Source: Ginkgo biloba
Taxonomy: Eukaryota > Plantae > Ginkgophyta
DNA length: 27,239 nt
Reading direction: 5' to 3'
Assembly: GCA_024626585.2 (NCBI GenBank)
Contig: JANKJI020000002.1
Coordinates: forward strand, 266,744,615 to 266,771,853
The position numbers and the translations under genes are program-made. The notes beneath the pieces are model-generated. The model ran no database searches. It saw nothing but the letters and a program-made list of their open reading frames with translations, and had not been told where the DNA came from. Positions 1 through 12,137 of the stretch are shown here, in pieces (the stretch's first letter is position 1; each line of letters begins with the position of its first letter).

Positions 1-572
1 TCTTGCTCCAATACAATTAGTTAGTTTAAGGCAGTTAGGACCAATCCTAAATTCATTAGGAATAAACCTAACTAGCTAATTTTTATTTTTTAATTTTTTT
101 CATCTAAATTTAGTGCATGTCATTAATTTGCATATGATTGTATAGGTTTGTCTCTTAATAGTGTTCTCTTAAGTGGCTAGTCATTTTATATCTAGCAAAT
201 CAATGGTGGTTTATCGTTTATTATCTAGCTAATTAGCATCCATCTTCTTAATATCTAGCTAATTAGTGGCATTATAATTTTGAAGGATTTATAATCTTTT
301 GAAGGTAGAATAAAAGGTGTAAAGATGGATTTGGATGAGATGAACTATTAGAGATACTTAGGAGGTTGGAAAACCTTATCAAAAGATGGTGAAGATAATA
401 AATACCTACACAAATACAAAGTTAATTGGATCATTTTATTAATTATAGATAAGAAAATATATGGTAGACACTCAGAGGCATGATTATTGTATTTATGGTC
501 CTAATCTACCCTATGATGTTATTTCAAGAGTCATAAGTCATCTCCCATTACATAAAGTGATCTAGAGACCCC

Positions 573-1100
573 TAATTTATATTACAAAAACATTTATCCA
601 TAAGAGATAGATTTATGCACTAATGACATAATCTATTGCTTGGTCTATAAAGGAGTGTAAAAATAATCTTATATGAATGCCTTGTTGAGATGTCCAAAAT
701 AAACATAAATAGTTATATTATTATTATTCTTGAGAATGGGTACCATTTCAAAAACACAATCAGTGTAGTGGATTGGAAAAATAAAGTTTGCATACAATAA
801 TATTTTGACTTCAAATTTAATGACTTTGACAATGAGGGGATTAAGAGATATTTATTTTTTCCTAATAGGTTTAGATCTTGGTTAGTTTCAATAATGTAAA
901 AATTGAAGTTAGAATCCAACCCAGGAATCTCTTCATAGGTCCAAGAAAAATTATTCTTAAATTCCCTAAACAAGGTAATGTAATTTTCATCTTCTTCTAA
1001 GGTGCAATCATGGACTATTAGAATTGTAGTTTATTAGAGATATAAATATTAATCTCTTTATTTTTCTCAATGTTCATAATATTACCTTCATTAAAAGTGT
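573..1100 (-). pseudogene. pol: Ty3/gypsy (non-chromovirus, Tat/Athila-like) reverse transcriptase N-terminal remnant, truncated before the YxDD motif
   Basis: Minus-strand translation across frameshifts and stops gives FNEGNIMNIEK...IVHDCTLEEDENYITLFREFKNNFSWTYEEIPGLD...FPIHYTDCVFEMVPILKNN..TIYVYFGHLNKAFI*DYF.TPFIDQAID...MDKCFCNIN. This matches the gypsy RT start LFKEFxDxFAWSYEEMPGID...IYPxxxTDWVSNIVPVxKK..GxIRVCVDFRDLNKACPKDxFPTPFIDQxxD...MDGFSGYNQ. ORF 713..973 is part of it. Similarity stops abruptly near 573. Confidence 0.85.
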
Positions 1101-1659
1101 AAGATATGGAAGGAAGTGATCCCTCCTCCAACCTATAAGAAATGATGTTATGGTTTTTAATATGGAAGATTTATTTTATGGAAGGCTCTTCATGTGATGT
1201 AAATGTGTGTTAGATTTTTATTAATGGAAAAATAATATTTTTGGCTACTTTAGTGGTGAAATTTATCACATTATTAGTCCTTCACGTTCATAAATAAATT
1301 GATAACTTCATCATTTTAAAAAATATATAAATTAAATATATTATCCTTATAATCCACATTTCATATTAGATTAATGGGTTTTTTTATAAATTCTCNNNNN
1401 NNNNNNNNNNNNNNNNNNNNNNNNNNNNNNNNNNNNATTGGAGAGAAGAATTGAACATTGCTATGCACCTAAGAGTTGGGATGGGTAGATCTTCTTGATT
1501 TTTTAGTTAATAACAAGGTACATGTTAGATGATCTGAGCTACGTATTTGTCCTTAGGGAAATATAAGAAGAATAATAACTCTATCATTTTAAATATTTCA
1601 ATTGTCAAAATCCTAAAATTTCTATTATGGAACTACCAAACATTTTCTAAAATGATTGG

Positions 1660-2200
1660 GGAATTAGATAAATAGATTATATAATTATCCTCATCTCATC
1701 CATCAAATCCCTATCTGAAAAGATACTATATCCTAAATAGACATTAATTATTTTGAAATACACCATAATGGTTTTTCTTGTGAAGGTGATGGTTACATTT
1801 GTAATAAGGCCAATAGAAGGGGCCTTCTAGTTAGTAAGGGATTCTAATTACTTTCACTAGGAAAAATATTGGTTATATATAATTGCTTAACTATATGGAA
1901 TAACATGATGGTTAGGGCCAACCTTTCAATCAATATATAACATCCAATCCATTTATTATTAATTTGATTAGAGATTTGAAAGGTTTAGACTTAGTTGTAG
2001 GCTTGTTCTTTAGCATTTTAGGGTAAAAATATCTATGATTCTTGATTGGGATCTCATGAGAATTAAGGGGATTAAGGATATTTTATCATTATTTTGGACA
2101 AGATTGAAGGATATTAATTGAGATATCATACTTAGGAAAAATGTAAAAAAATGATATCATAATCCATAAATAACTTTTAGAATTTCTTTCGCATAGGTTT
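1660..2200 (-). pseudogene. pol: Ty3/gypsy gag-protease junction and aspartic protease remnant, same element as the RT at 573-1100
   Basis: Minus strand: DYDII...SINILQSCPK (cf. DYxxVEDL...SALEVLQSCP); PF/QISNQINNKWIGCYILIERLALTIM (cf. FQIxVxIxNxxIxRxxIDEGASTCIM, catalytic motif decayed); VTITFTRKTIMVYFKIINVYLGYSIFSDRDLMDEM (cf. VTLGGKTVxIDVEVVDAPLDYNLLLGRDWIHAM). Order and strand are correct upstream of the RT. Confidence 0.6.
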
Positions 2201-4265
2201 ATAGGCAAGTTGGTCCTCTTAAGATGTAACCCTTAATAGTTCCCCAAATTATGGGGTAGTGGGAATTTTCTTGTCTTTATTATTAAACTTTATCCTTTTA
2301 GATAATAGATAGGGAGATAAGGAGGATAAATGGTGAGTGATCATAAATGGGGATAGTTGTAAACTTAGTGTCATAGTTTACACTAGTAATCATAATCATA
2401 CATGGAAAATCTAAACTAGTATCCTCATGAGTCTTATCCTTATCTCAATTTAAACTAGATATTGAGGGTCTATTAGGATTACGGTGGAAAAATGGTGAAT
2501 AGAGAGGGGGATAAGGCAGATAAATTAGAAACTTTAGATAGTATAGGTACAAAATATAAATTAGGTGAGGATTAAGGTTATATAATTTAGCATTAAACCT
2601 ATTTAGGCCCATATAATGCCCACAATATAATCCTTTATAATGACTTACAAGAAAAATAGTAGTTACTCATGAGACCATGAAGGATAAGGATGTGAATCCT
2701 TTTTTAAATTACATAGGGAAACAAACATGGGGATTTTTTTGATAGATTAATGAGAGAGTGATATCTTGTTATTCATCCATTTTATCAACCATTTGTACAC
2801 TTTTATGTCTAGGAAAATGATTAGTATTAAGTCTTGGAAAATAAATATTTCTATACTTAATATACTTATCTCTATAATTCATTATAATCTTCCTCATTAT
2901 AGGAATCAACCCTAAAATGGGTATGACATGTAGTAATCCAAAAAACACTTTGGTTAATATGTAGCTTATTGGGCCTATTGTTAAATTAAACTTTCCCTTT
3001 CCCTTATTATTATTAGTATTGAACTTCCTTAAACTGCCAAAGAAAATAAGCATATTTGATCTAGCTCTACAATTATGAAATTCAAAAGTAAGCTCACAAT
3101 GGAAGAAGATTTCACTTGAGGAAAATTGTATTAACATCTCATTCATAACATAGATATCATCTAATGAATAAGAGTACATTAATATAATGAGTCTCAAATG
3201 AGGTCATAGCTTCCATGTGTACAACATGCATAAAACTAAAGTAAAAGTTAAAAGCTAAGTTCAAATTAGAACTCATGCATGCATGCAACTCTAGTGACTT
3301 TTATAGAATTAAGTCACTTAGAGATTACAATAATTCNNNNNNNNNNNNNNNNNNNNNNNNNNNNNNNNNNNNNNNNNNNNNNNNNNNNNNNNNNNNNNNN
3401 NNNNNNNNNNNNNNNNNNNNNNNNNNNNNNNNNNNNNNNNNNNNNNNNNNNNNNNNNNNNNNNNNNNNNNNNNNNNNNNNNNNNNNNNNNNNNNNNNNNN
3501 NNNNNNNNNNNNNNNNNNNNNNNNNNNNNNNNNNNNNNNNNNNNNNNNNNNNNNNNNNNNNNNNNNNNNNNNNNNNNNNNNNNNNNNNNNNNNNNNNNNN
3601 NNNNNNNNNNNNNNNNNNNNNNNNNNNNNNNNNNNNNNNNNNNNNNNNNNNNNNNNNNNNNNNNNNNNNNNNNNNNNNNNNNNNNNNNNNNNNNNNNNNN
3701 NNNNNNNNNNNNNNNNNNNNNNNNNNNNNNNNNNNNNNNNNNNNNNNNNNNNNNNNNNNNNNNNNNNNNNNNNNNNNNNNNNNNNNNNNNNNNNNNNNNN
3801 NNNNNNNNNNNNNNNNNNNNNNNNNNNNNNNNNNNNNNNNNNNNNNNNNNNNNNNNNNNNNNNNNNNNNNNNNNNNNNNNNNNNNNNNNNNNNNNNNNNN
3901 NNNNNNNNNNNNNNNNNNNNNNNNNNNNNNNNNNNNNNNNNNNNNNNNNNNNNNNNNNNNNNNNNNNNNNNNNNNNNNNNNNNNNNNNNNNNNNNNNNNN
4001 NNNNNNNNNNNNNNNNNNNNNNNNNNNNNNNNNNNNNNNNNNNNNNNNNNNNNNNNNNNNNNNNNNNNNNNNNNNNNNNNNNNNNNNNNNNNNNNNNNNN
4101 NNNNNNNNNNNNNNNNNNNNNNNNNNNNNNNNNNNNNNNNNNNNNNNNNNNNNNNNNNNNNNNNNNNNNNNNNNNNNNNNNNNNNNNNNNNNNNNNNNNN
4201 NNNNNNNNNNNNNNNNNNNNNNNNNNNNNNNNNNNNNNNNNNNNNNNNNNNNNNNNNNNNNNNNN

Positions 4266-6050
4266 CTAAGAGGGTGCACAGTCTTCATAGTCCTAACAAC
4301 CTTTCACAGTCCTTATACATGAAGGGAGGCTCAAATGATCTAGGAGAGTGTGCATTCTTAAAGGGGCCCATAATGTCAATAATAAAGAATTACAACATGT
4401 GCACTAGGGGGGGACAAAGACTCTTCATAGTCCTAGTAGACTTACATACTGCTTATGTGTTAAGGGAGGAAATAATATCAAGGAGGGTGCATAAGCAATG
4501 AGAGGGGCCCACTCTATGGATAAGGTATATTTCAAGATCATGTAACGGGGAAAGAGAGAGATAGAGAGACATTCCTAGTAGACTTTCACATTCCTTGTGA
4601 CTTTAGGAGGCAATAAGGGACTCAGGAATGACATCACAGACATAGAAAATGAGAATCATTATCCTTTGTAGAACTAGGATTCTATGACTAAATCTTAAGG
4701 AAAGTGATGATGTAAAATTTAGGGGTCTTCTAATAGGAAACAAGGGTGGAATTCCTCCTTGAGTAAATACCATGGAATTCTTCCCCTGGATGCCTTCATA
4801 TCCCTAGTCAAGCCAAGAAAAAATAAGAACCTAGGGGAATGATATGAGAACCAAAGCGTTAGTCCTTGGTGAATTTATATGGTCTTGAAAAAACTATGGA
4901 GACATAAAAAAACAGGGAGGAAACCATAAATGTAGCATGGAAGAAGTCAAAGAGTTGATCCATGGTGGCCTCACACAATCCTAGTGCAATCAGGAGAGAT
5001 GAAAAAGGCCTAGGAAGATGTACAAGTGATAGGGAATCCAATGGCCCCTTATAGGTTTTCATAGTCCTTATGCTACCAGAAGATCCCAAAGGACCTAGGA
5101 TGGTGCATGGTGAAGGATGAACCAAACCACTCTGGCATCCTAGGCAAGAAAGTTCTCCCTTAGTCAATAAGGGAGAAAAAATTCTAGGAGGGAAATGAAC
5201 TCCATATACCTAAAATCATCATACAATGTGGCATAATAAAGGGTGAGTAAGTCACTCCTAATCCTGGGTAAAGAAATTTTTCCTTATGCATTAAGGGAAG
5301 AAAAGGTACCTAGTAGGGAGTCACTCCTTATCCTAGGTAGGAGGCACTCCCTTATGCATCAAAGAAGGAAGAGTGATCCAAGAAGGTCCATAGTGAAGTC
5401 AAAGAGTTGATCATGGGTGGCTTCTTGCAGTCCTTATATGATTAGTAAGCTCTAAATGATATAGGAGAGTGTGCATCCCTTGAGGGACCCACAATGCCAC
5501 CAACAAATATTAAAAGCATGTGTGCCAAAGGAAGGAAAAGCTACTCTTGATAGATTTGTGTAGTCCTTGTGTTGCCAACAGGGCTCAAAGTAACCCAAGA
5601 GGGAGAAATCCTTAAGGGGGGACATGATGCGACCAATGAAGACTTAAAGCACATGCATCAAGGAGGGATAAAGATCTAGGAAGGTTTCTACTACTATTTT
5701 TTTTTGGTCCTTATGCATTAAGGGAGGCATATATCTAGGAGGTTGCATAATGCCCAAGGATCCCATGACACTGCTAAAAAAAATTTAATACATGTGTGCC
5801 AAGAGGAAATAATGATATTTCCTAGTATCCTTCCAAATTCCTGGTGTAATCTAGGAGACTCAAAATACCTATGAGGTTGCACCATCTTTGAGGGACTCAG
5901 TGTGCCATTAAAACATATTTAAGGAACTTGCTCCAAGGAGAGATAAACAACCAAGGAAGATGTTCCTAGTAGCATTTCATGTTCCTTATGTGGTAAGGAA
6001 GGGACAAGGACCCAAGAAGGTGTGAAAAACTCAAGAGTTCTCATAAGGGA
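4266..6050 (-). repeat. Copy A of a long interspersed repeat (probable LTR of a large retroelement) containing ~140-bp degenerate subunits
   Basis: 4266-~5510 aligns colinearly with the reverse complement of 10762-~9530, and 5205-5400 also matches 6758-6955. The left end is hidden by a gap. Strand is inferred from the putative terminus of copies B and C. Confidence 0.8.
5429..6050. repeat. Degenerate ~140-bp tandem array (about 4.5 units) within copy A
   Basis: The anchor (a/g)gtcctt(a/g)t..., followed by ctaggag.gtgcat...gaggg.ccca...catgtg..ccaagg, recurs at about 5429, 5562, 5706, 5837 and 5981 (spacing 131-144 bp). Related units occur at about 4308, 4447 and 4590. Confidence 0.7.
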
Positions 6051-6757
6051 TTATGGGACTGATCAGAAGCCTTCTAATCAGAAGATCCATCCATGAGGGA
6101 AGTGATACATAGAGACCAAGAATTCACAAAGTTTAGACTACTGAGCCACTCGACTAGGAAGCTCCATGAGCCAACAAAGCTACCATGTCAACAAAGCATC
6201 CTACTAGCCAAGACCAAGTAAGAATCTTATGAGCAAAGAGATCCCCTGCTAGGTGGACCTACTTCTCAGATGGATCAGGGAAATGATTCAAGTAAGGAGG
6301 CTGAGCAAAATATAAGATAATGGATGATAGTGATATTTATATCAACTTATAATAAACATCAATGATGGATCTTGACAGGTGTTTGAAGCATATATGATGC
6401 CTCATCAGGGTATGGGCATAGAGATCATGAGCTAACCCAGGTTTGACACTAGAGAAAAAATTATCATCACTACCTTTGAAGAGGGATATCCCTTTAATAA
6501 TTTTAATTTTATTTCCCTTGATCTATAAATTCCATATCTACCACATGTTAGAAAAGGATGGAAGTGGTTGCAAGTAGTTATTCCATGCTCCCATAAGAAG
6601 GCTATAAATTGGATACAAGTAATTTATTTGAGGTTAAAAATTTTTTGGAACTTCTTTNNNNNNNNNNNNNNNNNNNNNNNNNNNNNNNNNNNNNNNNNNN
6701 NNNNNNNNNNNNNNNNNNNNNNNNNNNNNNNNNNNNNNNNNNNNNNNNNNNNNNNNN

Positions 6758-7679
6758 TGTAGACATGAAAGTATCATATAATATCTATCATAATAAGGAT
6801 GGAGTAAGCCAATCCTAGTCTTGGGTAAAGAAGTCTATCCTTGTGTATTAAGGGAAGAAATGGTACCCATGAGGGAGTCACTCCTTATCCTAGGTAGGAT
6901 ACGCCCCCTTATGTGTCAAGGAAGGTAAAGTGATCAAGGAAGGTGCACAATGAAGGAGGGACCCATGACACCACCAACGAAGAAATATGTACACCAAAGA
7001 TAAAAGGAAGAAGATTGCTCTTGATAGCCTTTCATGGTCCTTGTGATTTAATGGAGCTAAATAGGGGCTAGGATGGAGTGAAAATATGATGTATTTATGA
7101 AATCTAGGCATGCATGAATGATTGGGATCAAGAAATGTCTTGGGACATGCTTAGCATCTATGGCAAGAGAGGAGATAGAGAAAATGTCGACAAATTAGAT
7201 TTTAACACATAAAGAGAAGTTATCCTTTCTCTAGGAGCTCCATTAGTAGGTGAGAAAAATGGTAGTACCCAAAGTAAAAATCATGATTGTAACCATATTT
7301 TCTAAGACTAGGGTCTCATGACCACTAGCTATCAGGAAAAGTAAGAAATTATTATGAGCAATCACCAAAAGCCTAAAAATGAAGTTTATAAAATAAAAGA
7401 AATTTACATATAAAGGGAGTTTAGAACCTATGGTATATGGGGGGAAATTTTTGGAAATAGGATAAGGTGGACTTGGAATAGTGGATTCTATAATCACCCT
7501 AATAATGGGAAGATATTTTTTCATAATTAAAAGGGAGAAACTTTTCTCGACATTTATTTTTAGCTATGTTGTAATGTGTGATGCATGTCTTTACTTATGA
7601 TTGAGCGAACTATGAATTTTTTATTTTCACCTAGCTACGTTATTTAATTATAAATAAACATAATTTAGGACACCTTACT
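6758..7679 (-). repeat. Copy B of the same long repeat, including its probable LTR terminus
   Basis: 6958-7678 aligns with the reverse complement of 9550-8863, and 6758-6955 aligns with A 5205-5400. B lacks about 90 bp found in both A and C. Homology to C ends at ...ataatttaggacaccttac (7678), which reads gtaaggtgtcctaaatt on the minus strand and resembles a decayed TGTA.. LTR start. Confidence 0.8.
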
Positions 7680-8483
7680 CTATGATATATTAGATTATTT
7701 TATTTAATCAATATGTGGTGTGGTATTTAGGATCCCCTTAGTTCAGTATTTAAGCTATTATTAAATCCTTCTTCTATTTTCTCTCACTACTGTATCAAGA
7801 GGCCTCATTATGTTGACAGATTGATTTTAGTAGTAATGCATTCACCCTACTAGATAACTCATTAGAAATTCCACCTTCTATACAAATCTACTGGCATCAA
7901 GCTAAACCCCATTTAAGATTACCATCCTGTAGGTGATGTAAATACTTATTTTATTTTATTTCAATATCTTATTTATTCAAGGGAACTTCCCCTCATAAGC
8001 CAAAGGGTCATCTGACCCCTTAATATTATGTTGTCTTGGAACTTTTTCTCTAAGTTATAGTAGTCAATACTTATCCACTTCAAAACCAACCAAGTATCAA
8101 GAATCGACATTAATAGAACTAGAAACTCTAGTGAGTTATGCAAAATCAACTTAAAGTGAAAACTCTTTATCTCATTAAAAGGAACTAACCTAAAAAGAAC
8201 TAAAAACACTATATATAATTTTTACCCAAGATATTTAGAATAATAAATTGATCTCATTAATGGCCTCCTTAGCCTCCTTACCCCATTTGTGTAAACAAGA
8301 ATGCTAAAATTAATTTAACACTCCATAATAAACACAACCATGTAAATTTGATAGAATTGGTCTACCTTCAATGTCTCAACTCTNNNNNNNNNNNNNNNNN
8401 NNNNNNNNNNNNNNNNNNNNNNNNNNNNNNNNNNNNNNNNNNNNNNNNNNNNNNNNNNNNNNNNNNNNNNNNNNNNNNNNNNN

Positions 8484-8862
8484 AAATCCATCCAAGTCCT
8501 TTTATTCATGTGAGGAAACACAAGTACATCATAGATCAGCCTTAGCATACACATGGGGTCATTACAGAGCATCATTACTACTTACATTCGCTAGATAAAT
8601 CTAACTCTATGTACAATCTCTTACAAATATATATAATAGGCAAACGGTTATGTAACCATTACGGAAGTTACAACAGTCAATCTTCTGTCGGTGAGAAGTT
8701 ATCCTTTACTGGACAGGCTTCGTCGGTGATCATTACTTCTGTCAGAGTCTATCCCTCGTCGGTGGATCCAAGCTCGTTGGTGAACCTCCATCGGTGTCGA
8801 CAAAGCCTTGACCGACCATGTCAACGGAGCCTTGGCCGACCATGTCGGATACCCGTCCAACA
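8484..8862 (-). mobile_element. Young Ty1/Copia-like LTR (5' end at 8862; 3' end lost in the gap)
   Basis: The minus strand starts TGTTGGACGGG, a typical Copia LTR start. It has a GC/CpG-rich U3-like part, a TATA-like tattatatatatttgtaa (~8621-8638) and AATAAA (~8501-8506). Composition contrasts sharply with the CpG-depleted flanks, and it abuts copy C exactly where the B/C homology ends. Confidence 0.7.
8687..8849. promoter_or_regulatory. Cluster of DRE/CRT-core (A/GCCGAC) motifs in the putative LTR U3
   Basis: ACCGAC on the minus strand at 8687-8692, 8722-8727 and 8758-8763; ACCGAC at 8811-8816 and GCCGAC at 8835-8840 on the plus strand; TCCGAC on the minus strand at 8844-8849. The motifs are seen directly; function is inferred. 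Confidence 0.5.
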
Positions 8863-10762
8863 GTAGGATATACTAAATTATGTTTATTTCTAATTCAATA
8901 GTGTAGCTAGGTGAAAAGATAACATTCATAATTTTCTCAAGAAAAAGTGAAGATACACAATACACATTACATCATATCCAAAAATTAATGTTGAGAAAAC
9001 TTTCTCACTTTTAATTATGCAAAAATATCTTCCTACTACCATGGTGATTATAGAATCCACTAATCTAACTCCAGCTTATCCCATATGAAAAAATTTCCCC
9101 TAAGTACCATAAGATCCAACCTCCTCTCTCTATCTAAATTTTTTTCATTTTATAACCTTCTTTTAAAGGATTTAGGTTATTGCTCAAAATTATTTCTTAT
9201 TTTACCTGGCAGTTGTTGGTCATGAGACCTTACTCTTAGAAAAGGTGGTTATAATTATGACAATTACTCAATCACAGAGAAAGAACAATTTCTCTCTATG
9301 TTTTAAACCTTGATTGGTCGATGGTCACCTTGTCTCCCTTCTTGTTATAAATGCTAAGCATGCCCTAGGATGATTCTTGATCCTAATTATTAATGCATTC
9401 CTAGATGTTGTAAGTGTATCATAATTGCAATCCATCCTAGGCTCTATTTAGATTTCTTAATGCATAAGAACTATGAAAGGATACCAGGAGAAGTTTTCTT
9501 CCTTTTATATTTTATGCACATGTTTCTTAGTTAGTGGTGTCATGGGCCCCTCAAGGTATGTGCACTCTCCTAAATCATTTAGAGCTTCCTAATCACACAA
9601 GGACTGTGAGAAGCCACTAAGGATCAACTCTCTGACTCTATTGTGGACCTTCCTTAATCACTCTGACTTCTTTGATGCATAAGGGATCATTCCTACCTAG
9701 GAAAAGGAGTGATTCCTTCCTGGGTATCTTTTCTTCCCTTAACGTATAAGGATGAACTTATTTACCTAGGATCAAGAGTGACTTAAATCCCCCTTATTAT
9801 GCCATATTGTATGATCCTTTCAGGTCCGTAGAGTTCATTTCCCTCCTAGATGTTTTCTTCTACCTTATTGACTATGCACCTTCTTTCCTAGAATACAAGA
9901 GTGACTAGGTCTCGCCTTCACCATGCATTGTCCTAGGTCCTTTGGTCCCTTCTAGTATCATAAGGACTATAAACATCTACTAGGTTCATGGTCCCCCCTA
10001 TCACTTATGCATTTTCCTATGCCTTTTTAAGATCTCCTGATCACACTAAGACTATATGAGGCCACTACAGAAAAAATCTTTGACTCCTTCCATGTAGCAT
10101 CTAGGATTTCCTCCTTGGTTCTTTTCGTCTCCCTAGTTCAACCAGGACCATATAAATTCACTAGGGAGTGATGTCTTGGTTCTCACATTATTCCCCTAGG
10201 TTATTATTATTTATTTTTGTGACCAGGGATATGAAGGCATATAGGGGAAGAATTCCCTAGTCTCTACTTAGGGAGAAATTCTTCCCTTATTTCCTGTCAG
10301 AAGACCCCAAAATTTTACATCATCGCCTTCATTGATATTGAGGAGTGGCCTCTTAGTTCTACCAAGGATAATTCTTCTTATTCTCCATGTCCATGACATT
10401 ATTCTTGAGTCCCTTTTTCCCTCCTAGTGGCACCAAGAATGTGAAAGTTTATCAGGAGCATATCTCTCTCTCTCTTTCCCCAGCACATGAGATTCAAATA
10501 TATCTTATTCATAGAGTGTGTGCCTCTCATTACTTACAAACCCTTCTAGATACCTTTTATTCTCTTAACACATAAGGAGCATGTAAGGTTTCCATGACTA
10601 TGAAGAGTCTTTGTCCCTCCTTGGCACACATGTTGTAATTCTTTTTTATTAATGGTGTGGGCCCCTTTAGGAATGAACATGCTCCTAGATCATTTGATCC
10701 TCCCTTCATGTGCAAGGACTATAAAAGGTTATCAAGACTATGAATACTATGCACCCTTCTAG
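8863..10762 (+). repeat. Copy C of the long repeat, inverted relative to A and B
   Basis: Reverse-complement match to B (7678-6958) and then to A (~5510-4266) over about 1.9 kb, e.g. 10597 actatgaagagtctttgtccc versus 4411 gggacaaagactcttcatagt. It may extend beyond 10762, where the A counterpart lies in a gap. Confidence 0.85.
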
Positions 10763-12137
10763 GAACTTAAACATTTCTGACCAGATTAAGGAGAAGATAT
10801 ACTGACCAAGGAAGGGATTTTCTTTATGAGGATAAGAAGTTTTTTTTGGGTTAAGGGATAGTTAAACATATTGTGGCTATCTAGGAAGGCATGATAAATC
10901 CCATGGATATGATGAAACTACCAGGAAGAAATCTAGGCTTATCAGATAAAAGGACTTGAAGAAGATGGCAATTAAGTTTTAGCATATGAGGATGGGGATA
11001 GGCAAAGGTTAGCATGGATAATTATGAGTATTCTATAGTCTTTGGCATATNNNNNNNNNNNNNNNNNNNNNNNNNNNNNNNNNNNNNNNNNNNNNNNNNN
11101 NNNNNNNNNNNNNNNNNNNNNNNNNNNNNNNNNNNNNNNNNNNNNNNNNNNNNNNNNNNNTTTTTGCTTGATGAGCTTAGATTGAGGTGTCAACAATTGA
11201 AAGTGATAACTTTTTAGTTATTTCAAGTTCATGATTGAGACAAAACTAGTCTAAAGCATCTTGTTCATTCATGAAGGCCTTACATCTCTTCTTAGTTTCC
11301 TTCCACTTATTAACATGGTTAAGGATATATGTTCTAGTTTTCTCCTCATGTTTCTAACTTCACCAGATTAATCATCCTCAGAAACTATGGAAGAAAACCT
11401 TTCAAAAAAAAATGGAACTAGATCTTCAGATTAGGTGATTGAGTATTCAGGAAAAATATGCTACTAAATAATGACTTCTCCCCCAAAGGTCAAAGAAAAT
11501 AACTTAAGGAATATGGATTCATCCATTAGGTCATGAATTTTCTACCAAATATTAAATTCATTAGTATGGTACTCAAGTTTCTTATGTTTCCTTCCTCTAA
11601 ATTTGGGCATATCTAAAGGAATCATGGGTAAGAGAGGCCATGTATATTCCTTTTTCCAGATACTTATCCTTAGATAGAGATCAATTTTATGAAAAGTGTA
11701 CATATGCATGGACTACCTTCTAATTAATACAATTAAAAATAAAACATCCATTTTGAAATATTTTTTTAAGCACTCAAGCCATACTAATGTTTAACTTGAT
11801 AGAAGAAGATATTATTTTTTCCATGTCGAGATAATCATGTAATGTACAAGCAATAATGTATCCACCCTAGCCACAATAGTGGTTGCCTACTTCTACAGGA
11901 TCATTAAGGTTCGACTTTAGCATCTACTCTATCTTATTTTCATTTTTGCAAATTAAATATGTGCCTTTACTTCATTTTAGCATTTTTTGTAGGTCCTTCG
12001 GTGGTTTAAAAGGCCCAATATGCCATGATCCTTATGNNNNNNNNNNNNNNNNNNNNNNNNNNNNNNNNNNNNNNNNNNNNNNNNNNNNNNNNNNNNNNNN
12101 NNNNNNNNNNNNNNNNNNNNNNNNNNNNNNNNNNNNG

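Noticed and set aside
2769-3197. 142-aa minus-strand ORF upstream of the protease, a possible gag
   Set aside because: The position fits, but I recognise no gag motif.
3275-4501. Long ORFs of 324-408 aa, and all other X-containing ORFs in the track
   Set aside because: Artefacts of reading through N gaps.
8609-8866. 85-aa ORF with repeated SLxRPC
   Set aside because: Antisense to the LTR; the peptide repeat just reflects the 24-bp DNA duplication.
11600-11920. Possible plant mobile domain remnant on the minus strand (YCG*GGYIIAC...NGCF...VHAYVHF)
   Set aside because: Resemblance and motif spacing are too weak to support without an HMM search.
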